IMG/VR virus record: IMGVR_UViG_3300032373_000045
Coordinates: 1 to 39,048 of that record
Length of the DNA stretch: 39,048 bases
Strand: one strand, 5' to 3'
From: a virus
Taxonomy: Duplodnaviria > Caudoviricetes
A model generated the notes under the pieces. The model saw nothing but the letters and a program-made list of their open reading frames with translations, had not been told where the DNA came from and searched no databases. Position 1 is the stretch's first letter; the number at the start of each line of letters is the position of its first letter. The translations under genes and the position numbers were made by a program. Of this stretch, positions 27,869 to 35,402 are shown piece after piece.

Positions 27869-28043
27869 AATCCTCTCCCTGTGGCTCATCCTCAGTAATC
27901 TCTGCATCACAGCAATCAGATACATAAACACCTGAATGATGAACGCCACCAACCCCATGATTGCAATGAGTCCCTGAATAATCCCAAGTCTCCTCAATAG
28001 CTCCACAAGGCTCTTTACATTCAGCACAAAAGAAGTCGCTCAT
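27861..28043 (-). CDS. Small Cys-rich protein
   Basis: CAECKEPC...SDCC pattern. Confidence 0.65.
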   Translation of the reverse strand: MSDFFCAECKEPCGAIEETWDYSGTHCNHGVGGVHHSGVYVSDCCDAEITEDEPQGEDYE

Positions 28044-28231
28044 CGTAAACTCTCATGTGCTGCTTCATTAACCAGCTCTGGATAATCCTCAGTAGCTTTC
28101 TCTAACTCTTCCTCAGTTAGCTCAGTACCATCTTCCCACTCTGCATAACACATATGAGCATCACAGAATTTCGGGTAGTCATCCTTATAAACATCTTCAA
28201 CGCAGATAGAGCTTTCACTTAGCTTTTTCAT
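28040..28231 (-). CDS. Small acidic hypothetical protein
   Basis: DYPKFCDA...DGTELTEEEL motif; ATGA overlaps. Confidence 0.7.
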   Translation of the reverse strand: MKKLSESSICVEDVYKDDYPKFCDAHMCYAEWEDGTELTEEELEKATEDYPELVNEAAHESLR

Positions 28232-28833
28232 ACATCCTCCCCAAAATGTGACTTTCTAAACTCACTAGACTTAATCACATCCCTTTCTTTAGTAGTAAAA
28301 ATCCCACCAGCAGTAGTAGACAGCCATAAATTACTCATTGTTTCCTTGTCTAGCTCCCACCATGCCTCAGAAGCCGTTGACAGGTCATCCATAGCAATTG
28401 ATTCCTTCATCACTAGGATAGACTGTATATTATCTCTAACGGCTGTATTGTGCGCTAAGAGCTTCTCAGAGGCTTCTTTAACCGCTTGGCTGATAACCGC
28501 ACCTGTAACCTCATTAGCTGAAGCATAAGACTCAGTGCCCGCCATGCCTATACAAGCTAACGCTCTGCCTATTGCTGAAGTCTCGCAATTTTCAACATAG
28601 CTCGTAGTGTTAATGTTAGAACTGCCTTCAACTTCGTGAGCTATTCCGCTACCTATGATCTTGTTCTCTAAGTTGGTTATGGTTGCTCGGATAACTACCT
28701 GGCCATCTCCTATTTTAAGAATCTCAGTATCAATACCAAAACCCTTGTAATCATCATCCTCCCGAAACTCAGTAACCCTTAAAGCTACAGTCTTATATTC
28801 TTTACCGTGTATCTTTACTATGCCTTCGCTCAT
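28228..28833 (-). CDS. Single-strand annealing recombinase (Rad52/Sak-like)
   Basis: IHGKEY..VA.R..FR and INTTSYVENCETSAIGRALA motifs; early-left position. Confidence 0.7.
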   Translation of the reverse strand: MSEGIVKIHGKEYKTVALRVTEFREDDDYKGFGIDTEILKIGDGQVVIRATITNLENKIIGSGIAHEVEGSSNINTTSYVENCETSAIGRALACIGMAGTESYASANEVTGAVISQAVKEASEKLLAHNTAVRDNIQSILVMKESIAMDDLSTASEAWWELDKETMSNLWLSTTAGGIFTTKERDVIKSSEFRKSHFGEDV

Positions 28834-28988
28834 AATCCTCTCTCCTCAAACCATTGCTTATTAGTTACATTCATTTCAGCAGCAGCATATCCATCTCCAT
28901 ACGCCTCTACATATTTAGGGTCATCTGACTCTACTTCATCTCCATAATACCCTGCTGAGAACCCGCTTATAAATAATTCATCACCCAT
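28830..28988 (-). CDS. Small acidic protein (52 aa, MGDELFISGFSAGYYG...)
   Basis: Hand-translated; fills the gap exactly, with an ATGA overlap. Confidence 0.6.
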   Translation of the reverse strand: MGDELFISGFSAGYYGDEVESDDPKYVEAYGDGYAAAEMNVTNKQWFEERGL

Positions 28989-28990
28989 AT

Positions 28991-29440
28991 TCACATCTCT
29001 CTCCTCATATCATTAGCTCTTTCTGCCGAATCTAAAATAGAATTAATCTCATCATCAAGCTGGCTCATAGTTTCTTTATATGGATTAACCTCTTCAACCC
29101 AATGCGGAATATCCTCAACTAGCAGCTCAAACATCTTGAACAATTCTCGATTAAGTATGCAGCACCAAGTACCTTTTAAGTATGGTACGCCACCTTTTAG
29201 GACAGGATTATTAAGTGACTTAATATCATTGGCATCTATACCAAAGCCGCTATCTACTAATTCCTCCTCCCAGTCTTTCACATTCTCCTTTATCCACTCA
29301 GCAAACACTCTCTCACTATTCATAATATGGTGATAAGCTGCTTCATAAGTATAAGCCTTATCGAATACCGCTTCTGCTTCAGCACATAAGAATAGCTGTG
29401 CATCTTGTCCGTAGGTTTCTTTAAAATCTGAATAATTCAT
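28991..29440 (-). CDS. Hypothetical protein, first gene of the leftward operon
   Basis: GAGGAGG RBS; no HTH or peptidase S24 features seen. Confidence 0.75.
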   Translation of the reverse strand: MNYSDFKETYGQDAQLFLCAEAEAVFDKAYTYEAAYHHIMNSERVFAEWIKENVKDWEEELVDSGFGIDANDIKSLNNPVLKGGVPYLKGTWCCILNRELFKMFELLVEDIPHWVEEVNPYKETMSQLDDEINSILDSAERANDMRREM

Positions 29441-29464
29441 AATTCCCTCCTCAATGTTTAACTA

Positions 29465-29493
29465 ATTATTGCACACTATATAATGATTAGCAA
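29465..29493 (-). promoter_or_regulatory. Leftward early promoter (pL-like)
   Basis: TTGCTA-N17-AATAAT with an extended TGn. Confidence 0.65.
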
Positions 29494-29525
29494 TAGCCAT
29501 TCTTAAATTAATTATAATGATTCGC

Positions 29526-29554
29526 TTGCATTAGGTATAGTTATTTGTAATAAT
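29526..29554 (+). promoter_or_regulatory. Rightward early promoter (pR-like)
   Basis: TTGCAT-N17-AATAAT with an extended TGn. Confidence 0.65.
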
Positions 29555-29583
29555 AAGCATATCAAGAATTATAAGGAGTTGAA

Positions 29584-29754
29584 ATGAAGTTGATTTTAGA
29601 TGATAAGCAGATTGGGGAAGCTATGGGGGAGTATGTTGCTCGTCATAACATGGCTTTAGGTTATAGCTATGCTGACTTTGTAATGAGAGTTAAAACCGAT
29701 AAAGATGAACCAGTGTTCACTTGTGAAGTAGAGCTATCAGGGGAAAAGAAATGA
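29584..29754 (+). CDS. Small hypothetical protein (56 aa, MKLILDDKQIG...)
   Basis: Hand-translated; AAGGAG RBS; ATGA overlap with the Cro-like gene. Confidence 0.7.
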   Translation: MKLILDDKQIGEAMGEYVARHNMALGYSYADFVMRVKTDKDEPVFTCEVELSGEKK

Positions 29755-29942
29755 GAGTAACTATACAAGATTACATGGATAAGAAGAAGCTTAACCAATC
29801 TGAGATGGGGAGAATGTTCGGCCTTACTCAGCCAGCTATTAACACTTACATAAGCTCTGATCGTGAAGTTTATGTTGTTGACGGAATGGCAGGACTTCAA
29901 ATAGTAGAAAGAAAGGTTTTAGCAACGAGGATAGAGAAATGA
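29751..29942 (+). CDS. cro: Cro-like HTH regulator
   Basis: RVTIQDY...NQSEMGRMFGLTQPAIN..I...REVYV parallels lambda Cro. Confidence 0.75.
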   Translation: MRVTIQDYMDKKKLNQSEMGRMFGLTQPAINTYISSDREVYVVDGMAGLQIVERKVLATRIEK

Positions 29943-30175
29943 GCCTAACAGATGACAACATAAAGACAAGGGTAAGCCAGCTTCTTAATGAGAAGTCAAA
30001 TACCTTTGCTGATTTAAACGATTACAAAGAGGCTAAAGCTTTTGCTGATAACATGGTTGAGATGGATATAGAGATAGCTAGTTCTATCCAAGTCCTGTTA
30101 CATCGTGTTGAGACTTTATTTCATCAAGAGCAAGAGCAAGCTAACTTTGAAGCTAATAGCGAGGAGATGGGATAA
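29939..30175 (+). CDS. Hypothetical protein (cII position)
   Basis: 78-aa coupled ORF. Confidence 0.65.
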   Translation: MSLTDDNIKTRVSQLLNEKSNTFADLNDYKEAKAFADNMVEMDIEIASSIQVLLHRVETLFHQEQEQANFEANSEEMG

Positions 30176-30239
30176 TGGCTAGATACGCAAAAGACTTGAT
30201 TAATAAGTAAGGATATGTTTTAATTGTAAATTCCTTTCT

Positions 30240-30322
30240 CGTAGAAAGACGAAATCCCAGACTTGCGACAGACTAGGATTCCGAGGGGAGGGACACCAGA
30301 AAGGAAAAGTTTCTGATGTATG
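30240..30322 (-). ncRNA. Putative antisense small RNA (~85 nt, two hairpins)
   Basis: Has its own promoter; the stems at 30294-30318 and 30251-30282 pair fully only on the minus strand (via G:U). Confidence 0.55.
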
Positions 30323-30328
30323 TTACTA

Positions 30329-30357
30329 AAGGTAACACATATTTGAAGATGGTACAA
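30329..30357 (-). promoter_or_regulatory. Antisense promoter
   Basis: TTGTAC-N17-TACCTT with an extended TGn. Confidence 0.55.
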
Positions 30358-30620
30358 GCCCTTACTGGACATTAACAACTGTTGCTGACGGATGCCCTGA
30401 AACAGTCATTAACTGGTGGGATGTTGTAAGCGCAACTTTAAATGGACAGCTTGTAATCTTACTCAAGGATTCCCAAGACTGACAATGAGAGTAAGTCCCA
30501 ATTAAAGGGATTCTAAGAATTAACCAACTTAGAATATCAGGAGTAGTTTAGTTCAATCCTGAAACACAAGTACCCAGCCGTAAAGGTAGCCTTGGTAGGG
30601 CTTTAAAGGGGAAAGTCTTT
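30358..30620 (+). ncRNA. Putative structured non-coding RNA / origin region
   Basis: No ORF of 60 aa or more; consecutive stems at 30378-30406, 30458-30495, 30496-30510, 30511-30534 and 30537-30562. Confidence 0.5.
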
Positions 30621-30624
30621 AGTA

Positions 30625-30954
30625 GTGCCCAAAGGAAAGCGAATGTGGTATGTATATTTTATAAGGCAAGCACAAAAGAAAGGGAACTGCCCAATAAAGA
30701 TCGGGGTTAGTAAAGACCCAGATTATAGGTTGAAGCGTTTACAGACAGGAAACCCGAACAAGTTAGAGGTTATTGCGGCTATACCTTTTGATATTGAGAA
30801 AGACGCTTACACTATGGAAAGGTCTTTACACTGGATAGCTGAGAATAAATACCAAAGATTAATAGGCGAGTGGTTTATGATTTATGGTGGATGGAAAGGG
30901 CTGGTTGAGGATGCTTACAAGTCAAGCGGGTTATTCCCCAAAGGCTCTAAATGA
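30625..30954 (+). CDS. GIY-YIG family protein (T5orf172/MUG113-like)
   Basis: YVYFI...IKIGVS..P..RL..LQTGNP...E..LH...GEWF; start may be ATG 30643. Confidence 0.85.
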   Translation: MPKGKRMWYVYFIRQAQKKGNCPIKIGVSKDPDYRLKRLQTGNPNKLEVIAAIPFDIEKDAYTMERSLHWIAENKYQRLIGEWFMIYGGWKGLVEDAYKSSGLFPKGSK

Positions 30955-30973
30955 TAACTATGGGAGAAGAGTA

Positions 30974-31183
30974 ATGAGCAGATACGCATTAATAGGAATC
31001 CAACCAAATACTTTAGAGGTTTTATATCTGGCTGTGTGCGGGGATCATTTACAAGAGCATTGGAGTGATATGCCAAAAGAATTAATCCCTGCAATAGTCC
31101 CTATAGAAAAAGCAAGAGAAATGAGTTTTGTAGAGGCAAAGGAAGATCAACTAACAGAGCATATTTTTAAAGGCGAGATATGA
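30974..31183 (+). CDS. Hypothetical protein
   Basis: Start MSRYAL at 30974 with a GGAG RBS. Confidence 0.6.
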   Translation: MSRYALIGIQPNTLEVLYLAVCGDHLQEHWSDMPKELIPAIVPIEKAREMSFVEAKEDQLTEHIFKGEI

Positions 31184-31311
31184 ACCAGCGCAAATCAAAA
31201 ACGCTACAGGAAATGATGTATATCCAGAGGCTTGATTTTCTAATTAACGAGTTCAATATATTTTGGGTGATACAGATAATTTTATTAATAGAGTTTTGGA
31301 GATTGATATGA
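31180..31311 (+). CDS. Small hypothetical protein (43 aa, hydrophobic C-terminus)
   Basis: Hand-translated; ATGA overlaps at both ends. Confidence 0.45.
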   Translation: MNQRKSKTLQEMMYIQRLDFLINEFNIFWVIQIILLIEFWRLI

Positions 31312-31592
31312 TTCCTGATTTGCCTGACTTCATAGGGGCTGAAGAGTGGGATGGATTCGTAGACATGAGAGCAGCCCAAAAGAAGCCTTTAACTGACCGA
31401 GCAAAAAAGATATTTTTGAAAAAGCTTGCAGCGTGGCATCAAGAAGGCTATGATTGCAACAAGATTTTAGATAATTCAACAGAAAGCTCTTGGGGAAAGC
31501 TGTATCCAAAGCCTGAATTTTTAAGAGGTGGAGAGAAGGCTCAGTTAGAAGCTAAGATATATAAGATCACAGATAGGAGTTGGGCAAAATGA
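31308..31592 (+). CDS. Stand-alone C-terminal domain of a phage replication initiator (O-like)
   Basis: LPDFI...W..F..MR...KKPLT.RA....L.KL...GYD...ILD.S...W..L pattern; ATG 31308 with a GGAGA RBS. Confidence 0.65.
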   Translation: MIPDLPDFIGAEEWDGFVDMRAAQKKPLTDRAKKIFLKKLAAWHQEGYDCNKILDNSTESSWGKLYPKPEFLRGGEKAQLEAKIYKITDRSWAK

Positions 31593-32239
31593 CCATAGAG
31601 CTAATACAAGGCGATTGCATGGACTACATGAAAGAGCTTGAGGATAACGCTTTTGAGCTTGCGATTGTAGACCCGCCTTATGGGATTAAACGCCTAAGCG
31701 TGGAAGAAAACCGTGATCCGAACAGTAAGTTTAGGAGGTCGATGTCAAAAATGGTTGATTCTGCAAAAAGCTGGAATGGCTTGAAGCCAACAGAAGAATA
31801 TTTTAATGAGCTTTTTAGGGTAAGCCGAGAGCAGATTGTTTGGGGAGCAAACAACTTTACGCTTCCTAATACTGAATATTTTTGTATTTGGGATAAGTTT
31901 CAAACTGTAGATAATTTTGCAAGCGCGGAGTATGCGTGGGTATCAATGAATAACTGGAAAAAGCCAGCTAAGGTTTTTAGGCATCAAATACATGGGGCTA
32001 ACCCTTTAGGGAAAATCCACCCCACCCAAAAACCAGTAAAGCTATACGAATGGCTTTTAAAGAACTACGCCAAAGAGGGTGACAGAATTTTAGACACTCA
32101 CTTAGGCTCAGGCTCAAGTGCGATAGCTGCGCATTATGGCGGTTTTGATTTTGTTGGAATTGAGCTAGACGAAGATTATTACAAAGCGGCAGCAGACAGA
32201 TTTGATATGCAAACTAGACAACAAGCGATGGAGATGTAA
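31589..32239 (+). CDS. DNA N6-adenine/N4-cytosine methyltransferase (beta class)
   Basis: IVDPPY, HPTQKPV.LY and LDTHLGSGS motifs. Confidence 0.93.
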   Translation: MTIELIQGDCMDYMKELEDNAFELAIVDPPYGIKRLSVEENRDPNSKFRRSMSKMVDSAKSWNGLKPTEEYFNELFRVSREQIVWGANNFTLPNTEYFCIWDKFQTVDNFASAEYAWVSMNNWKKPAKVFRHQIHGANPLGKIHPTQKPVKLYEWLLKNYAKEGDRILDTHLGSGSSAIAAHYGGFDFVGIELDEDYYKAAADRFDMQTRQQAMEM

Positions 32240-32706
32240 TGAAAGCAACGTCAGATTTTAACGGCAGGACTCATGCCCCAGTTACGCTGGGAACTGTTGA
32301 GGGCACGGCCACCCATAAAATACTTAATTTTATTAGTGGGGAATGCTCAAGGAATGAAATATCACTATTAACAGGAGTTAGATCACAGGCTCTTAGTGCG
32401 CCACTAAGTCTTTTATGTAATGCTGGCTTATTACTTAAAAGGTCAGGGTCGCATGAGAAAAGGATGTATTATAGATTGCCCGGTGTTGAGCAAGAAGATC
32501 AAGAAGCCAAGCCTTTCATGTGTACTCGGTGTTTATCTACAGTCACCCCAAAAGGTAAAGGAAAGCTAACTTGTATTATGTGCGAAGATGATGATTCTGT
32601 TTCTTCCCACGGGGATAATGGAGATAGATGGATGGGAAGAGGCTGGGATGAGAAATTAAGTATGGAGTATTTAACTAAACCAATAGCAATGAGGAGAGAT
32701 GCATGA
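32239..32706 (+). CDS. Winged-HTH plus zinc-finger protein
   Basis: SRNEISLLTGV...LS..L..L...GLL, then CTRC...CIMC. Confidence 0.55.
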   Translation: MKATSDFNGRTHAPVTLGTVEGTATHKILNFISGECSRNEISLLTGVRSQALSAPLSLLCNAGLLLKRSGSHEKRMYYRLPGVEQEDQEAKPFMCTRCLSTVTPKGKGKLTCIMCEDDDSVSSHGDNGDRWMGRGWDEKLSMEYLTKPIAMRRDA

Positions 32707-32903
32707 TAAAAATTGTGAGAGTAACAGACGCTAAAGCTTTGAATCCATCTCAGGCTGTTTACCAGCTTGTAAAGAATGACAGTGAAGTTTTGCGGTTTGA
32801 AAGTGAGAAAACAATGCCTGAAGTATTGAAGGCTGCTGCTTGGGCTTTTGAGTCACAGAGAAAAGAGCTACACAAGAAATTGATTGAGGAGAGCATAAAA
32901 TGA
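32703..32903 (+). CDS. Hypothetical protein
   Basis: Coupled 66-aa ORF. Confidence 0.65.
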   Translation: MIKIVRVTDAKALNPSQAVYQLVKNDSEVLRFESEKTMPEVLKAAAWAFESQRKELHKKLIEESIK

Positions 32904-33226
32904 AAATAGGCGTAAGTTTAAAGATTAATGTCAGCAAGATTGATAAGGCTAGATTATTTAAGGGAGATAAAGGAAGCTATTTAGATGCTACTGCTTTTAT
33001 TGACCTTGAAGAGTTTGACCAATACGGCAACTCAGGCATGATTACTCAGGATGTAACTAAGGAAGAGAAGGAGCAGGGAGTGAAAGGAGCTATTCTAGGC
33101 AACTCTAAGATATTTTGGAGTGATAGAGGAACAGCAAGCCAGACGGGAATCATAAATGAGCCGCCAAAGAAAACGCCTGTATCTAATCAGGCTGATGATG
33201 ATTTTGAAAATGATTTGCCCTTCTAG
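32900..33226 (+). CDS. Putative single-stranded DNA-binding protein
   Basis: Acidic tail ending DDDFENDLPF; INVSKIDK...DQYGN...ILGN core. Confidence 0.7.
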   Translation: MKIGVSLKINVSKIDKARLFKGDKGSYLDATAFIDLEEFDQYGNSGMITQDVTKEEKEQGVKGAILGNSKIFWSDRGTASQTGIINEPPKKTPVSNQADDDFENDLPF

Positions 33227-33252
33227 CGTACACTAATTAACAGGAGAACAAT

Positions 33253-33633
33253 ATGAGGGAGATTAAATTTAGATGCTTTTTTTATGATGGCGTAGATTAT
33301 CACTCAGGAGAAATAATTAGCTTTACAGAGGCTATGTCTGAGAATTACATAGAGCCAGAGGATAATGCTCTAGTCACTAATGATGAATGCACTATCATAA
33401 TGCAATACACAGGCTTAAAAGACAAGAATGGTGTTGAAATCTATGAAGGAGATGTTGTTGAACATAATAATGGAGCAGGCGTTGTGGAATATTCTAGCAA
33501 AGGCACAAGGTTTGGGGCTAGAGGCTCAAAGCCGCATTATATAACTGGTGAGGCAGTAGCAAAAATGTGGACATTAATAGGCTGTGAAGTAATCGGCAAC
33601 ATATACTCTAACCCTGAACTATTGGAGAAATAA
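33253..33633 (+). CDS. YopX family protein
   Basis: MREIKFR...MQYTGLKDKNGVEIYEGD...EVIGNIY.NPELL. Confidence 0.9.
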   Translation: MREIKFRCFFYDGVDYHSGEIISFTEAMSENYIEPEDNALVTNDECTIIMQYTGLKDKNGVEIYEGDVVEHNNGAGVVEYSSKGTRFGARGSKPHYITGEAVAKMWTLIGCEVIGNIYSNPELLEK

Positions 33634-33634
33634 T

Positions 33635-33874
33635 ATGAACATTGAAACTGAAGTATTATACAAAGAAGAACCTAAGTCATTCCGTACTGCTGAGAAAGCA
33701 AGCCTAGAAATTGGCCTTGAGGAGCAGAAGAAAGCCTTTGAAGCTAGAGGCGGCAAGATTCAGCACTATGAGTTTGGGCATACTGCTGACACGCCTAAGA
33801 ATGTTGGGCATAGGTATCAGAGCATTGTGTATAGTCAGATTGAGAAGGATAAGGCACATGGACAAGAAAGCTAG
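33635..33874 (+). CDS. Hypothetical protein
   Basis: AF.ARGGKI motif seen in small nin-region proteins. Confidence 0.65.
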   Translation: MNIETEVLYKEEPKSFRTAEKASLEIGLEEQKKAFEARGGKIQHYEFGHTADTPKNVGHRYQSIVYSQIEKDKAHGQES

Positions 33875-34178
33875 AACCTTAACTCAAAACAACTCCATGT
33901 GGCTATGGTTTAAATTAGTTGCTGGATTCTTGAACTCTCAGGGGGATTCGTTTGAATACACGATTATCACACCTAAGAAGATTCCATTTACTGATGAGCT
34001 TATACATGAACACGTTTGGAAGCCAATATTACAAGCATGGTGCGAGAAAAACTCCACTACTGATATGGACACAGCAGAGGTGAGCGAGATTTACACAATA
34101 ATATGCGCTCATTTTGCTACAGAGAAAGGCTATACTATTCCAGCTTGGCCTTCACGATTTTACGATTCTAAAGGATAA
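33858..34178 (+). CDS. NinB-like protein
   Basis: RTLTQN...W and STT.M...E motifs; start MDKKAR at 33858. Confidence 0.6.
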   Translation: MDKKARTLTQNNSMWLWFKLVAGFLNSQGDSFEYTIITPKKIPFTDELIHEHVWKPILQAWCEKNSTTDMDTAEVSEIYTIICAHFATEKGYTIPAWPSRFYDSKG

Positions 34179-34183
34179 ATATT

Positions 34184-35383
34184 ATGCCAAATAATGACTG
34201 GTCAGTTGCAGGAGATGAAAGGCTTAAAGAGTTTTGCGGAGGAGATCAAGCCGAGAAGCTAGACAGGATTATTAAGTGCAAGGGCTTTATACAAGCAGAC
34301 AGGGAGGCTGGGATTAGTTCTGGCAAGCATTCTAAGGCTTTGAATCTTGTTATAGCAAAAGCTGCAAGGAGAGGATATGCGCCTAACCATTGGACACAGG
34401 GTGTAGCTGAAGGTTACGGAATGGGCAAGGTTACTATTCAAAGAGATGGTGCTGGAGAGATTATTCAAACATGGGAAAGGCAGCTCCCACTAGAAATGGC
34501 TGAAGAGTTGAAAGAAGTTGTCGAGGGGCTGAAGGAAGATTTACCAAAGTTTACCCCTAAGAAGAAAGTCAAGGGCAAAAAGCGTGATGATTTGCTCCCA
34601 TCAATATTTATTGGCGATGCTCATATTGGGATGAGGGCTTTCGGTAAGGAGACAAAACACAGGGATTTTGACACTGATATCGCGGTTAAAGAGCTAAGAG
34701 ATTCTATTGATTATTTAGTTGATAGAGCAGAGCCTTCAGTTAATGGCTTGCTTGTTGATGTTGGAGACTACACTCACAGTAATGGGCATAATGACACCAC
34801 TTTTTCTGGTACGCCTTTGGATGTAGACACCCGACACAGGTCAACACTATATCAAGCAGCTATGACTATGAGATATTCCATAGACAGAATGCTTGAGAAG
34901 GTGGATAACTTATATGTTATTATAGCAAAGGGAAACCACAATACTGATGTTGCTCCTGCAATAGAATTGATGCTCCAGTTCTGCTATGAGAAAGAGCCTA
35001 GAGTGAATGTTTTAGGAACAAATGGTGACTACCACTATTTTGAATATGGGAAGTGGTTATTTGGCGTTACTCATGGGAACAAACAAAATGCTGAGAGATT
35101 AGCAGGAAGCATGGCAAGAGATATGTCAGAAGCATGGGGAAGAACAACCCATAGGATGTGGTGTACTGGTCACTTCCACAAAGAGGCGGTTAAGACTCTA
35201 GCGGGTGTTAAGCATAAAGTATTTGCCGCACTTCCTCCGCCCGATGCTTGGCACGCTTCACATGGCTTTAGCGGTGATGGTGAAATGGAGATGATGACAT
35301 TCAGGAAGCAGGGAGGCGTACATAGCTCCCATGTTTATAATATACCAAGACCGATAATAGAACCTGATGTAAGAATTAAATAA
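34184..35383 (+). CDS. Calcineurin-like metallophosphoesterase
   Basis: GDAHIG, VGDYTH, GNHN, THG and GHFH motifs in canonical order. Confidence 0.85.
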   Translation: MPNNDWSVAGDERLKEFCGGDQAEKLDRIIKCKGFIQADREAGISSGKHSKALNLVIAKAARRGYAPNHWTQGVAEGYGMGKVTIQRDGAGEIIQTWERQLPLEMAEELKEVVEGLKEDLPKFTPKKKVKGKKRDDLLPSIFIGDAHIGMRAFGKETKHRDFDTDIAVKELRDSIDYLVDRAEPSVNGLLVDVGDYTHSNGHNDTTFSGTPLDVDTRHRSTLYQAAMTMRYSIDRMLEKVDNLYVIIAKGNHNTDVAPAIELMLQFCYEKEPRVNVLGTNGDYHYFEYGKWLFGVTHGNKQNAERLAGSMARDMSEAWGRTTHRMWCTGHFHKEAVKTLAGVKHKVFAALPPPDAWHASHGFSGDGEMEMMTFRKQGGVHSSHVYNIPRPIIEPDVRIK

Positions 35384-35402
35384 TAACTACTAGGAGATTG
35401 GA

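Noticed and set aside
25800-28850. CRISPR array or DGR suggested by the repeats in the leftward operon
   Set aside because: The repeats are irregularly spaced, lie within coding junctions, and there is no cas or reverse transcriptase gene.
25402-29333. Plus-strand ORFs within the leftward operon (e.g. 26339..26611, 26789..27148, 29136..29333)
   Set aside because: Antisense shadows of a tightly coupled minus-strand operon.
29667-29900. Minus-strand ORF as the missing CI repressor
   Set aside because: It overlaps two good plus-strand genes and shows no HTH pattern.
30176-30954. Group I intron carrying a GIY-YIG homing endonuclease
   Set aside because: No interrupted gene flanks the region, I could not identify P7-type core motifs, and the ORF is a short T5orf172-type protein. 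An Infernal search would settle it.
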